Positions 30,011 through 40,686 are shown, numbered from the stretch's first letter. The stretch: 64,000 nt of DNA from Cyclobacteriaceae bacterium (GCA_019638285.1 JAHBUB010000006.1:44219-108218); one strand, 5' to 3'. Numbers and translations: made by a program. Notes: generated from the sequence alone by a model not told the origin.

Positions 30011-30666
30011 TACTTAACCAACATTAAAATATCCGTTCCTAAAAATTTACCGTTCGGAGTGGTTATCCATTTTCTAGTTTTTGGAATTCTCATGTCCCCC
30101 ACTCGTTCCTCATTCTTCAGATATATTACCTCTCCTTTTTTGGTGGGCTCATCCTTGTAGAACATATATCCTTTCATTGCATAAGTAACTTTATCAATAT
30201 AGAAGAACCAAACATCCTCCTCATAAGGTACCCGAAGCACATAACACTCAATGCCCTCAAATTTTTCTTCTTTCACATTTTGATCAACCACTGTACCCTC
30301 ATCATTTAATTTCATGGGTAATCCCCACAAGTACAAATAATAATTTCGAGTACGCTTAATGTTTTCACAGGTTTTTCCTTCCGGAATCGCTGTGCATTTA
30401 TCCATGGTTACGGTCATCTCACTTCCATCCTCCACCAGACTGAAGTAACCCTTATTATTATCAATAGACACCATTGATTGTCTGTCGACTCCATTTGGTC
30501 GTTCAGAAAGAAATTCCATTACATGATTAAAGCTATTCCATTGTTCCTTCGGGTCGTGATATTGGATCGATTTTTTTAAAATTTCGGTTGCACTCATCTC
30601 TTGCGCTATTGAGTATGCATTGGATAAAATAATCGCCAATAGGAGCGCGGGTCTTTTATAGCTCAT
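30010..30666 (-). CDS. DUF6503-like secreted protein
   Basis: Signal SIA|Q, KSIQYHDP...W, YYLYLWGLPMKL.D.G. Confidence 0.7.
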   Translation of the reverse strand: MSYKRPALLLAIILSNAYSIAQEMSATEILKKSIQYHDPKEQWNSFNHVMEFLSERPNGVDRQSMVSIDNNKGYFSLVEDGSEMTVTMDKCTAIPEGKTCENIKRTRNYYLYLWGLPMKLNDEGTVVDQNVKEEKFEGIECYVLRVPYEEDVWFFYIDKVTYAMKGYMFYKDEPTKKGEVIYLKNEERVGDMRIPKTRKWITTPNGKFLGTDILMLVK

Positions 30667-30774
30667 AATTTCTTATCAAAAACAAATATACTTAATACAA
30701 ATGGCACTAATGTTGCCGTTGTTTTAGTCTTTTGGTAAACCGAAATATTATTACCTTAGAATAAATTTAAAAAT

Positions 30775-31314
30775 ATGCGCTTAATCCCACTATCCATCGT
30801 CTTGTTGGCACTTTCATTTCCTTCACTCGCACAGGTAATCGGCAAAACATTTCCAGAAATGGAAGCCGAGACTGTAGAAAACAAAGTTGTATCTGTTCCT
30901 AATGATACAAAAGGAAAATATACGCTATTGGGTTTAGCCTATTCTAAAAAATCGGAGGATGAACTAAACGGATGGTTCTCACCTGTCTTTAGCAAATTTA
31001 TTCAAAAGACTACAGGATTGATGGAAAGTTTTGGTTACGATGTAAACGTATATTTCATACCAATGTTTACGGGTATAAATGTAGCCGCTACCGGAACCGC
31101 CAAAAAGAAAGCGCTAAAAAAAGTAGATCCTCAGTTGCTTCCTTACATTCTGTTCTACAAAGGAGAGCTTAAGCGTTTTAAAGATGAATTGGACTTCGAA
31201 AAAAAAGACATCCCGTATTTCTTCGTTTTAGACCCAAATGGAAAAATAGTCTTTGCTACCTCTGGCCCTTATACAGAGCCAAAACTGGATCAAATAGAAG
31301 AGGTCATTGAGTAA
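30775..31314 (+). CDS. Secreted thioredoxin-fold protein without CxxC (ATP10-like)
   Basis: Signal SLA|Q. FP.MEAET....V..P....GK.TL and PYFFVLD.NGKIV...SG. No Cys in the protein. Confidence 0.65.
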   Translation: MRLIPLSIVLLALSFPSLAQVIGKTFPEMEAETVENKVVSVPNDTKGKYTLLGLAYSKKSEDELNGWFSPVFSKFIQKTTGLMESFGYDVNVYFIPMFTGINVAATGTAKKKALKKVDPQLLPYILFYKGELKRFKDELDFEKKDIPYFFVLDPNGKIVFATSGPYTEPKLDQIEEVIE

Positions 31315-31406
31315 TTAAATTCATAACCGCAGAGGCAGCAAAGAATACGCAGCGTGTATAACTTGTGTGCTAAAGTGCTTAGGCATGCATCTCTCCAATC
31401 GATCTG

Positions 31407-31473
31407 GCAAAGAAAAAGCTAATCGAGCAGTTACCCCATATCAGGGTGCAGTCGATTAGCTTTAAAGTTTTGC
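31407..31473. repeat. Long imperfect palindrome between convergent genes
   Basis: AAAGCTAATCGA (31415-31426) and TCGATTAGCTTT (31452-31463), inner ACCC/GGGT, outer GCAAA/TTTGC. Confidence 0.7.
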
Positions 31474-31483
31474 AAACAATTTT

Positions 31484-34069
31484 CTAATGCTCTTGCTGAC
31501 CTCTTTGAGAAGTACCTATATGCGACCCAAAAAACAAAGCGTTAAAGAAAAGTTTATTGCCACCATACCAGTAACCACGGAATGTAGGGTCATCTACAAA
31601 AAGAATAGCCCTTCCCCTTCCTACACTACTCACTTCTACTGAAACAGAGTTCTTTATTTTTTCAAGATTGCTAGCATGTACATACCCGCTCAGAAGTGGG
31701 TTGGCTGTGTATTTCGCCACAGTGCTGAATGGATTGTTGCTTGGCTCAAGGAAAATGGTGTGGTTCCTGTACATCGGCAGGTTTCTGCTCGTGTAACCAA
31801 ACCCCAGCGGATGGGTAATATCGAGATCGGTCACATAGATGGAGCCGCCAATTTGTTTTGCCCCAAAATAATCCTGAGCAGTTACATAATCCATTCTTTT
31901 TATAGTCTTTTCCTTTTCTTCTTTGTCTTTAGTGAGTTGCTCATTGATCAGCTTATTGTTTATTGCCCAATTCACAGCATAGCGTTGAAGGATAAGTGTG
32001 CCACCATCTTGCATCCATGATTTCAATCGTTCTACACCTTTTTCTCCCAGCATACTGTAATTACCGGAAACGATTATTATGGTGTTGTAGTCTGATAACT
32101 TCAATCTATCAAACTGATAAGTATCTACTTTGGTAATAGGCATTCCCACCTTGGTATCAAGCATATGCCAGATGGCCCCGGCCTCTGTCGATGAGGAACC
32201 CTCGCCAATCAACATTGCTACTTTTGGCAATTCAACGGTCTGCACATTCCCACTTCCCAGGTAAACACCTTCCGAAGTTATTCCGGTGTCCACAGTATAA
32301 ATATCGAGACCACTTATCTTGGATGCCTCTTTGATATAAGTGTATACTTCCTCTTGTGAAAGATTCTGATCGGCTACTGAAACAACAAGAGTACCGTATC
32401 CAAAATTCTTTTTCACCCCATTCACTACAGCAACAAATGGTTTAAATGCAGCCTTCACAAATACTTTGTTTTCAAGCAGATGATATAATGCTTTGGGCGC
32501 ATAGTATTCATTCCACTCAATAAGATAAGCATAGTCAGATTTTGCTACAGGGGCTGGTTTGGCTACAATGTCTTCAGCTTTTACCTTCTCCCCTTTTGTA
32601 TATTTTACCGAGGCAGAAAGTGCATCATTTGGCAATCCATATCCAAGTGACATGGTCCAAGCGGAGGCATCATAAAAAACGCTGTCATAGAATTTTGTCA
32701 CCTTCTCAAACATTGACCGCACCATACGGTATTGACGCTGATCGGTAGGTACCACAAAGGCCTTTCCTTTTTCATATCGATTGGCCCCTACAGTAAGATC
32801 GCTCGATAATGGATAGGTATCAATCCGATGTTTCAACAGCAAATCAACAAATGCATTTGTTCTGCCCTTGTCCTGGCTGTCGCCAAATACATAAGCCTTA
32901 ATAGAAGATTTTTTCCCTTCTTCTAATGCGGACTTAAAGAAATCCTGCTGGTGCTTTAATAGCAGCTCACGATTCTCTACAGATGCCAATACAGTGGCAA
33001 GACTGGTGCGTACGTGATTACGAATGGTAAAAGGGAAGGTAACTATCTTTGTAGAACTTTGCTGCACGTGTCCTCGTGAGCTGGCCTGTTCAAATACCAA
33101 CCCAAGTCCTCCATGGATATCTGGATAGGTAGAACCGTACCCTGGATAAGAGTTATCAAACACCTCTTTTGCCCAATACAAAGATCCGATGTCGTCCAAA
33201 GCCTTCACAAAATATTTTTCAAACAGAGGATTTAATTTGTCATAGTTGTCGCGTGGTACTACAGGATTTTCAGATCCATAGGGCTTCGTAGGCTCAAAAA
33301 AGTTAGTACCATTGGTACCCATCTCGTGATAATCGGTGCACACATTGGGTAGCCACTTATGAAAAAACTCCATCCGGTTTTGGCTTTCCACGTGGACAAG
33401 CGGCAACCAATCTCTGTTCAAATCAAACCAATAGTGATTAGTCCGGCCTCGGGGCCATTCCTCATTATGTTCACGGTCCATTGGATCCGCCACTGGAGGA
33501 AATCCCTTGTACATGTTGGCCCAAGTGGTATGGCGATCGCGGCCATCCGGATTATAATTGGGGTCAATATGAATAACGCTTTCGCTTAATGTTTTGTTGG
33601 CCTCCTCACCCTGGCGGGCCACCATATAATAGGCAGTTAGCATAGCTGCCTCACTGCTGGAGGGCTCATTGCCGTGTACATTGTATCCCAGTGTGACAAT
33701 CACAGGCATGTCTGCAATAGATACCGATTGTGAAGGGTCTGCCAATTTTGCATGTTCCTTTTGAATAGCATCAATTTTAGTATAGTTCTCTGGACTAGTG
33801 ATGGTGAGTACTACCTGAGGCCTTCTTTCATAGGTATACCCTATAATTTGAAAATGAGCCTTTGGCGAAACCCTTGCTAACTCCTCAAAATAGGATACGA
33901 TCCGATCGTGACGGGTATGCCAATCTCCCACCGGGTAACCGAGAAACTGCTCGGGAGTAGGAATGGCCGGATCAAACGAAGTGCCAGAAGGAAAGAAATA
34001 ATTATTTTGTCCATTGCTTTCGATTTGAATCAAAAGTGACAGTAAGAATACCAACAAAAGATTTTTCAT
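31484..34069 (-). CDS. M14 family zinc carboxypeptidase (secreted)
   Basis: NVHGNEPSSSE (HxxE), NPDGRDR, GRTNHYWFDLNRDW, DYHEMG. Confidence 0.92.
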   Translation of the reverse strand: MKNLLLVFLLSLLIQIESNGQNNYFFPSGTSFDPAIPTPEQFLGYPVGDWHTRHDRIVSYFEELARVSPKAHFQIIGYTYERRPQVVLTITSPENYTKIDAIQKEHAKLADPSQSVSIADMPVIVTLGYNVHGNEPSSSEAAMLTAYYMVARQGEEANKTLSESVIHIDPNYNPDGRDRHTTWANMYKGFPPVADPMDREHNEEWPRGRTNHYWFDLNRDWLPLVHVESQNRMEFFHKWLPNVCTDYHEMGTNGTNFFEPTKPYGSENPVVPRDNYDKLNPLFEKYFVKALDDIGSLYWAKEVFDNSYPGYGSTYPDIHGGLGLVFEQASSRGHVQQSSTKIVTFPFTIRNHVRTSLATVLASVENRELLLKHQQDFFKSALEEGKKSSIKAYVFGDSQDKGRTNAFVDLLLKHRIDTYPLSSDLTVGANRYEKGKAFVVPTDQRQYRMVRSMFEKVTKFYDSVFYDASAWTMSLGYGLPNDALSASVKYTKGEKVKAEDIVAKPAPVAKSDYAYLIEWNEYYAPKALYHLLENKVFVKAAFKPFVAVVNGVKKNFGYGTLVVSVADQNLSQEEVYTYIKEASKISGLDIYTVDTGITSEGVYLGSGNVQTVELPKVAMLIGEGSSSTEAGAIWHMLDTKVGMPITKVDTYQFDRLKLSDYNTIIIVSGNYSMLGEKGVERLKSWMQDGGTLILQRYAVNWAINNKLINEQLTKDKEEKEKTIKRMDYVTAQDYFGAKQIGGSIYVTDLDITHPLGFGYTSRNLPMYRNHTIFLEPSNNPFSTVAKYTANPLLSGYVHASNLEKIKNSVSVEVSSVGRGRAILFVDDPTFRGYWYGGNKLFFNALFFGSHIGTSQRGQQEH

Positions 34070-34164
34070 ATGAATTTTTAACTGAAAGTAATTCGAAGTT
34101 AGACAGACGGCTGACCTGAAAAAAATGCAGATGTGATGAATGGCGAACCGGATTTATAGATCAA

Positions 34165-37100
34165 CTAAAACCCATCGTCTTCCGCATCCTTTTTCTTGGC
34201 AGGACCCTTTCCTCCCAAACTGTATGGGGCTTCAATGCCGTAATACTTGCTTCTGAATTTGTTGATGAAACTTAGGGTTTCTTCATCACTGCCTGGGATA
34301 AACACCAGTTCCCCTATTTTGGCTTTGGCCGCATTGGTCTTTTTTGCGATCACGCTATTGAAGTCCGGATTGGATGAATGGATCATTAACCGGTTATCCT
34401 CCAGGCCAAAGTAATACCACGAATCAGGAGATGCCTTAAAAAAAACATGGAACACAGCGCCACCGTCTTCATTTTTTCGCAGCTCCATAAATCCTTCAAA
34501 CGACCCATTGATATCATTGCGCAATATATTACTCAGGCCAAGATTTCCTTCGCTGTAAAACGCTTTATATTCCTGCGATCGCTTGAGGTCAAAATTAGAA
34601 AACACCAATGGTCGAGCTAATTCGGGGATGCTAGCGAGTGGCGTATACGCTTGCAGTGATTTTGCCTCAAAATCTTTTGTTGCCCGCTCCCCTACAATGT
34701 CAGCAATTTTGTACAACAGCTCAGTCTGATCCCCTAATCCTTCATCACCACCCTCGTTCTTAATTACATTCTGCAAATCGAGCGCCATCAATTGCAAAGC
34801 CTGGGGAGGCACATTCATATCCACCATCAGAAAGGTATTCATCCGAATGTCGTTGGTCTCCAGATTCCCTGATCCCAGTGCACTTGCTGTAGTATTAAAA
34901 TCCTTACTGCCGCCATTAAAGAAATTAACTTTACCCTCGAATCTTACCTCTTGTTTGTCTTCGTTATAGGCAAATACTTTCCCTGTAAGTTTTTCGCCCG
35001 TGGCCTTCTGCCGATCTTCAATTCTAAACTCCTGACTTTCCTTATCAAAAAATAAGGAGCCGCTCGGCAAGAAAAAATCATCATCATCTGGGTTTTTTTT
35101 ATCGAACACAAAAGTGATGTAAAGGCTATTGTCTTCCGAAAAGTGCAACCCCGCCTCTACTTTTCTGCCTTCTTCTGTAATCGCATTGTCAAAATCTAAA
35201 AACACCTCTTTCTCGTCACCGCTTTGCTCATATACAATCCACGTGTTATAATTTTTAATCTTTTTAAGATCAAGCTTCACGCTCCCCTTTAACTGAAGGG
35301 CTGGCCTTGTGGCGTACATTACCATATCTCCTTTATAGTAAATTCGTGGAGCAAGAATAATTTTGTCTTCTTCCGATACCGCCCCATTGGCAACCGTTTG
35401 TTCAGTAGCCACTAGCCCCAATTGTTTTTTTCTTCCCTTGGCTACATCTTCAATAGGCTCCAAATGGAAATCTGTCATTTTAATCGCAAAGGTGTCATTC
35501 ACTGCATTTACATATTGATAGGTAGCAGAACCTGAAAATTCCTTTCTGGAAATAATGTCTACAATTCCTGCGGTAAGCCGGTGATAACCGTTGAGGGTGT
35601 CCATTACAATCGTTGTGTTGGTCAGTCTCCCAATTTTCGCATTCTCCAAAATCAATATTTCATTATTCTCTGGCGTAATTTTGGCATCAGCTACCACAAT
35701 AAATGGTATTCCACTTACTTTCAGTTGCTGGGTTTGTATATCATATTCAGCCCGATCTGCCAGGAAATTAAGTGAATCTAATTCCTTCCGGGTAGTGTAG
35801 AAGTAGGAGTTCTCCAGCGGCACATCGGGATCTTTATTCATTACAATCTTTTGTGTGTTCAAATCCCATCGCGCTTCTGGAATGGAGGTCTTGAACTGCG
35901 CATACGGAAACTCCAAAGCTGCCTCACCTGCTATCTCCGGACTAATGTCAGCATAGTTCTCTTGAAGATTAAACTTCAACCTTACATCGTCTCCCGATAG
36001 GGCAGGCTTATCCGGGTTGGTAGTCTTCACTTGAAAATCAGCATGCCTCGCACCAAAATCCTTTGCGGAAAAGGAAAGCTCTTGAGAAATAGCTTCTGAT
36101 CCGCGTGTAATTAATTTGCCTCCACCCGTGGTTCCCATTTTTGACACGGTAAGACTCCCATCCAACTGGGCACTTGCATCGTATAAATTAAAAGGATCGC
36201 GTAAATTCTTAATAGTGAATTTGTCTTGCTTGGGCAACCATTTCAGCTTGAATTCTGTAAGAGAGACTTGAGGAAACCAAACAGCGCCAAACTGTTTCTC
36301 TTTCAGCTCTCCGACATTTCCGCGCCCTACCACAGAGTCTGGATAAAAAACAAAATCTTTAGATTCTACACTGGCCGACAAATAGTCAATACGACCTGTG
36401 GCACGAATACCAGCATTGTCAAGGTTCATTGCCCCCACTATTTTTCCATCTCCCTGAAATAGTTGATAGCCCCCACTAGGAATAGTATGTGTAAACCCAA
36501 GCGATTTATCTGCCATGGTATGCAGCTTCTCCTTGAAATTGGGAAACATACCACTGGACACAAACGTGCCTTCAAAATTAATAGACCCCGGATCCGCATC
36601 GTTCAGGCTGTCTAGTTTGAAGGGTGGAACCACAAAAAATACAGAGCGATCATAGGCCCCATTCAGCACCTCTCTTCGGTTGAAGTAAATCACGCCCCCT
36701 GCGGTGGCATCAAGGCGAGGATAATTCGGGCTTTTTTCCTTTCCCGATTTATTATCCGGGCGACTGATAAAAAGGGTGCCTGATGATTTGGATGCGTTGG
36801 ACATTCCTGCTGCCGCTGCCGCTGTTGAATCGGCTCCCACCATGGCATTATTTACACGCCTTCTAATACTTTGCCCGCGCGCGTTGGTTTCAGTAACATA
36901 AAAGCGTATTGAGTCAATGTGATTTAGATTGATGAAAAAACTGTCGTATTTAAGTGTGAAGTCTTTTCCGTTGATCTCAAAATTTCCTGCCGTTATCTTA
37001 CCATCAAATTTTATATCACGATCGTGCAAAAGTGTGATTACGCTACTGTCCGGTTTGATCACGACATTAAGTGAATCACTGACATTAAATTCTTCCACCC

Positions 37101-38949
37101 CTCTCACATTCATATGCCCCTTAGTGAAATTAATTGTGGCATTAGCAGGACCATCTACGATAGAATGAATCTTCAGATTATCATAGTCTGCATCACCTTT
37201 TCCTGCATCATAATAATGCAATGCTTTCTCATTCACTTTTATGTATCCGGTACTGGCATTGTACTCTATCATTCCTTTTTGAGCAAGAAAGGCCATCGCC
37301 ATACGCATTCCGTCTGATCGCTGACCAGTGGCAATAGCTATGTCATCTACGTAAAACTCTCTTACTCCCATCTTTAGTGAATAGCTCGCTACCAATGCAA
37401 GCGGATGAAATTGAAATCCATATCCCGCCAACAATCTAAAGTCCTCTGGATCATAATAGTCGACAGATTCTATTACCATGGGTGATTGGCTCCTTCCTCC
37501 GTAGCTATAAATATTTAAGCTGTCTGAATTTAAATCCCATCGAATTTTATCTGCATTAAAATCCATATTAAAATAAGAAGCAGAGTAGGGAGCATTTTTT
37601 AAATATCCATTTTCCTTTTGTAACACCAACTCATTTTTACCAAAGTTGTAATAGAACTGCGTGGCCGGGTGATAGATCGAATCGTTTTGCTGAAATATTC
37701 TCACCATTGCTCGTTTGGAGAAAATAGTAGAGTCCTGAAATTCAAAAAGGCGAGATCGAGCCTCAAATTTTCGGTCCACTTCTCCCATTACCACCAGCTT
37801 TGCCGGATCACCATTTACCGATGAACTGTATATCCTTCTGCCGTTGAGCGCAAATCCCCCGGTATATCTTAGCTTTTCATTTCCAAGTCCTAACATTTCA
37901 ATGTTACTATTGAATGACATGAATCGTGGATAAGTAGCCGACTCAGGAGTTTTGTGATAAACACTTTTAAATTCAAATATTCCATCAATCCTTCCAGGTG
38001 CTTTTCCCAGATAGGTAAGTTTTCCCTGATCTGCTTTCAGCTCAGGTTTTGTTACATTGAAATTAAAAGCTGTAAAGTCGAAATAAACAGAATCTTTACT
38101 CAAACCCGTAGTACTCCAATCAAACCTTCCTCCTTCACCTACGAATGTATTGTTCAAAAGAGAAACTGCACCCTTTGTGTTGGTCAAGAAAGCTGAGTCG
38201 TATGAGGTTGAAAAATTGAGCGTCACCTTATCAAATCGAATGAGTGGCCCTGTTAGCTCTGGTTGTGGAGCCGGCTGCATCCAAATCGGCATGGCGGGAG
38301 GCAATACAGTATCAACAGGATCGTCCCAATTAAAATCTTCTTGTGCATCTTGATTGTCCCATTGATTAAACTCATTTTGATTGTCCTTATTCTCGTTCAA
38401 ATCATTGGTGGAATCATTCGCATCCACATTGTCGGATAAGGAATGAAATGTTTCAACCTTCACATAATCAAAATGATATTCATCGTTTCTTACCCACAAC
38501 CTGTATGATCGATCATAGTGAAGTGTATGGTATTCAAAAAACTGTCTTACGTTTCTAAAAAAAACACCGGCATGGGTAAGGCTTTCATTTTCTATTACCT
38601 GTCCAGCTACATTTAAGAAATCAGAGAGGGTCTTAACGCTCGCCTTTTCACGATCGATTGCGTTTAAGATAGCGCCATAGTAGTTGACAAACTGAGGGCG
38701 TAGTTTGTAGCCCTTTCCTTTCATTTGTTTGGCCTGTTGCCTGATTAACGCCTGCTGATCTGGTCCCAGCTTGCTCCATGCCAATACAAATCCTGCTCCC
38801 ACCGCTCCTGCATCTGCATTTCGCGAGTTTTCAAGCGCCACACGTACACTGTCCTGAAAACTAAGTGTAACAGGGTCACCAGCATTTTGCGCTTTTAGAG
38901 AGGCAGATGCTGCAAGTGCAATCCATATGTATATTAAAACCCGCTTCAA
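34165..38949 (-). CDS. Large (1594 aa) secreted beta-rich hypothetical protein
   Basis: Uninterrupted ORF with signal LKA|Q, a helical N-domain, an Asn/Asp-rich linker and repeated beta-hairpin motifs. Confidence 0.85.
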   Translation of the reverse strand: MKRVLIYIWIALAASASLKAQNAGDPVTLSFQDSVRVALENSRNADAGAVGAGFVLAWSKLGPDQQALIRQQAKQMKGKGYKLRPQFVNYYGAILNAIDREKASVKTLSDFLNVAGQVIENESLTHAGVFFRNVRQFFEYHTLHYDRSYRLWVRNDEYHFDYVKVETFHSLSDNVDANDSTNDLNENKDNQNEFNQWDNQDAQEDFNWDDPVDTVLPPAMPIWMQPAPQPELTGPLIRFDKVTLNFSTSYDSAFLTNTKGAVSLLNNTFVGEGGRFDWSTTGLSKDSVYFDFTAFNFNVTKPELKADQGKLTYLGKAPGRIDGIFEFKSVYHKTPESATYPRFMSFNSNIEMLGLGNEKLRYTGGFALNGRRIYSSSVNGDPAKLVVMGEVDRKFEARSRLFEFQDSTIFSKRAMVRIFQQNDSIYHPATQFYYNFGKNELVLQKENGYLKNAPYSASYFNMDFNADKIRWDLNSDSLNIYSYGGRSQSPMVIESVDYYDPEDFRLLAGYGFQFHPLALVASYSLKMGVREFYVDDIAIATGQRSDGMRMAMAFLAQKGMIEYNASTGYIKVNEKALHYYDAGKGDADYDNLKIHSIVDGPANATINFTKGHMNVRGVEEFNVSDSLNVVIKPDSSVITLLHDRDIKFDGKITAGNFEINGKDFTLKYDSFFINLNHIDSIRFYVTETNARGQSIRRRVNNAMVGADSTAAAAAGMSNASKSSGTLFISRPDNKSGKEKSPNYPRLDATAGGVIYFNRREVLNGAYDRSVFFVVPPFKLDSLNDADPGSINFEGTFVSSGMFPNFKEKLHTMADKSLGFTHTIPSGGYQLFQGDGKIVGAMNLDNAGIRATGRIDYLSASVESKDFVFYPDSVVGRGNVGELKEKQFGAVWFPQVSLTEFKLKWLPKQDKFTIKNLRDPFNLYDASAQLDGSLTVSKMGTTGGGKLITRGSEAISQELSFSAKDFGARHADFQVKTTNPDKPALSGDDVRLKFNLQENYADISPEIAGEAALEFPYAQFKTSIPEARWDLNTQKIVMNKDPDVPLENSYFYTTRKELDSLNFLADRAEYDIQTQQLKVSGIPFIVVADAKITPENNEILILENAKIGRLTNTTIVMDTLNGYHRLTAGIVDIISRKEFSGSATYQYVNAVNDTFAIKMTDFHLEPIEDVAKGRKKQLGLVATEQTVANGAVSEEDKIILAPRIYYKGDMVMYATRPALQLKGSVKLDLKKIKNYNTWIVYEQSGDEKEVFLDFDNAITEEGRKVEAGLHFSEDNSLYITFVFDKKNPDDDDFFLPSGSLFFDKESQEFRIEDRQKATGEKLTGKVFAYNEDKQEVRFEGKVNFFNGGSKDFNTTASALGSGNLETNDIRMNTFLMVDMNVPPQALQLMALDLQNVIKNEGGDEGLGDQTELLYKIADIVGERATKDFEAKSLQAYTPLASIPELARPLVFSNFDLKRSQEYKAFYSEGNLGLSNILRNDINGSFEGFMELRKNEDGGAVFHVFFKASPDSWYYFGLEDNRLMIHSSNPDFNSVIAKKTNAAKAKIGELVFIPGSDEETLSFINKFRSKYYGIEAPYSLGGKGPAKKKDAEDDGF

Positions 38950-39052
38950 AATAGCCTAAACAGTGAAATTCGTAAATAATGACCAAATTAACTAAAAGCA
39001 CTTCCTCCTTAAACGAATGATTATCCGCTTATAGTTTTGAACAATAGGTTCT

Positions 39053-39886
39053 TTATTTTTTTAATTGAAAAAGTAAGGAAGCCCAATTTTCGCGCACCTC
39101 ACTTTGGATATATTTAAGCGGATATGGATGAGCCCTTGTTACCATATCGGGAATGTCCTTTTCGTAGAAACCGCTTAATAAAATATATCCATCAGGGTTT
39201 AAATAAGACACATACTGCGGCAACTCCTGAAGCAATATGTTTTTATTAATGTTGGCCAGAATGATATCATAGTTGTTTTCAAATATCAACTCACTGATCA
39301 TGCCCTGCCTGATATTTATATTTTTGCAAGCATTCACTTCAATGTTTTCCTTTCCATTGATTACGCTCCATTCATCAATATCAAATGCGTCTATAGTTTT
39401 TGCGCCAAGCTTTGACGCCATGATGGAAAGTATAGCAGTACCACACCCTGCGTCCATCACATTTTTATCCTTGTGATCCATGTCCATTTGTGCCTTTATC
39501 ATCAGGTAGGTGGTCTGATGATGTCCTGTGCCAAAAGACATTTTAGGTGTGATGGTAATAGAGTAAGGGTACTCTTTTTCTATCTGATGAAATTCAGCGC
39601 GTATCACGCATCGATCGTCTACGATAATCGGCTCATAGCTTTTTTCCCATTCTTCATTCCAGTTTCTTTTCTCAATTCGATCCCAGAAAAATAATAGCGG
39701 CTTTACCTGATCATATTTTTTTTTGATTTCTTCTACAAGGACTTGATCAAAGCGATCTACTTCTGCATAGGCTTCAAATCCATTTTCATTTTCCAAAAAT
39801 GAATCAAAGCCGGCTTGTGAGATTTCCGCAATCAGAATTTCTGAAAAAAGGGGATCACAGGTTACACTTAGGCGTGTGTGATACAT
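39053..39886 (-). CDS. prmA: Ribosomal protein L11 methyltransferase
   Basis: NWNEEWEK, PKMSFGTGHHQTT, DAGCGTAIL, ILANIN, LSGF. Confidence 0.96.
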   Translation of the reverse strand: MYHTRLSVTCDPLFSEILIAEISQAGFDSFLENENGFEAYAEVDRFDQVLVEEIKKKYDQVKPLLFFWDRIEKRNWNEEWEKSYEPIIVDDRCVIRAEFHQIEKEYPYSITITPKMSFGTGHHQTTYLMIKAQMDMDHKDKNVMDAGCGTAILSIMASKLGAKTIDAFDIDEWSVINGKENIEVNACKNINIRQGMISELIFENNYDIILANINKNILLQELPQYVSYLNPDGYILLSGFYEKDIPDMVTRAHPYPLKYIQSEVRENWASLLFQLKK

Positions 39887-39888
39887 GC

Positions 39889-40653
39889 TTAGGCTGACTT
39901 AATAATCTCTACAAAATCCCTCGACTTCAACGAAGCTCCTCCTACCAAGCCTCCATCCACATCGGCACAGGAGAAGATTTCCTTTGCATTGTCCGGCTTC
40001 ACACTACCTCCATAAAGAATGGGAACCATGTTGGCTGTTTCTTCGCCAAACTTGTCGACAAGATGCTTCCTGATAACCAGGTGCATTTCCTGAGCCTGAG
40101 CGGTAGTTGCTGTTTTGCCTGTGCCTATTGCCCATACGGGCTCATAGGCTATTACAATCTTCTTCATGGCTTCGGCATTCAGATGAAAGAGCCCCTCTTC
40201 AATTTGTTCCTTTACCAGCGTTTCGTGATCTCCGGCTTCCCTCACTTCCAGTGGTTCTCCACAACAAAAAATAGGCTTTAGCCCATTGGCCAGTGCGCCA
40301 TCTATTTTCTGGGCCAATTGTTTTCCGGACTCAAAGAAATATTGTCTGCGCTCACTATGCCCGATTATAACATAAGGAACTTCCATAGATTTCAACATGC
40401 CCGCTGAAACCTCACCAGTATAAGCTCCAGATGCATGTTCATTGCAATTTTGAGCTCCTATTTCAATTCTCGCAGACTTTCCAAGTTGAGATTGAAGTGC
40501 GTGCAAATAAGGATAGGGGGGGCATATAATGATTTTCACATCTCCCCTCACCTCATCTCCTACCATCCCCATGAGTTCTGCTGTAAGCGATTTCGCCTCC
40601 AGAAGCGTTGTATTCATTTTCCAATTTCCTGCTACTATCCTTTGACGCATCAT
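39889..40653 (-). CDS. tpiA: Triosephosphate isomerase
   Basis: AGNWKMN, GAYTGE, IGHSERR, AYEPVWAIGTG, YGGSV, GGLVGGASL. Confidence 0.98.
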   Translation of the reverse strand: MMRQRIVAGNWKMNTTLLEAKSLTAELMGMVGDEVRGDVKIIICPPYPYLHALQSQLGKSARIEIGAQNCNEHASGAYTGEVSAGMLKSMEVPYVIIGHSERRQYFFESGKQLAQKIDGALANGLKPIFCCGEPLEVREAGDHETLVKEQIEEGLFHLNAEAMKKIVIAYEPVWAIGTGKTATTAQAQEMHLVIRKHLVDKFGEETANMVPILYGGSVKPDNAKEIFSCADVDGGLVGGASLKSRDFVEIIKSA

Positions 40654-40686
40654 TGATTCTAAATCTCTTCTTTGATTAACTTAAGA

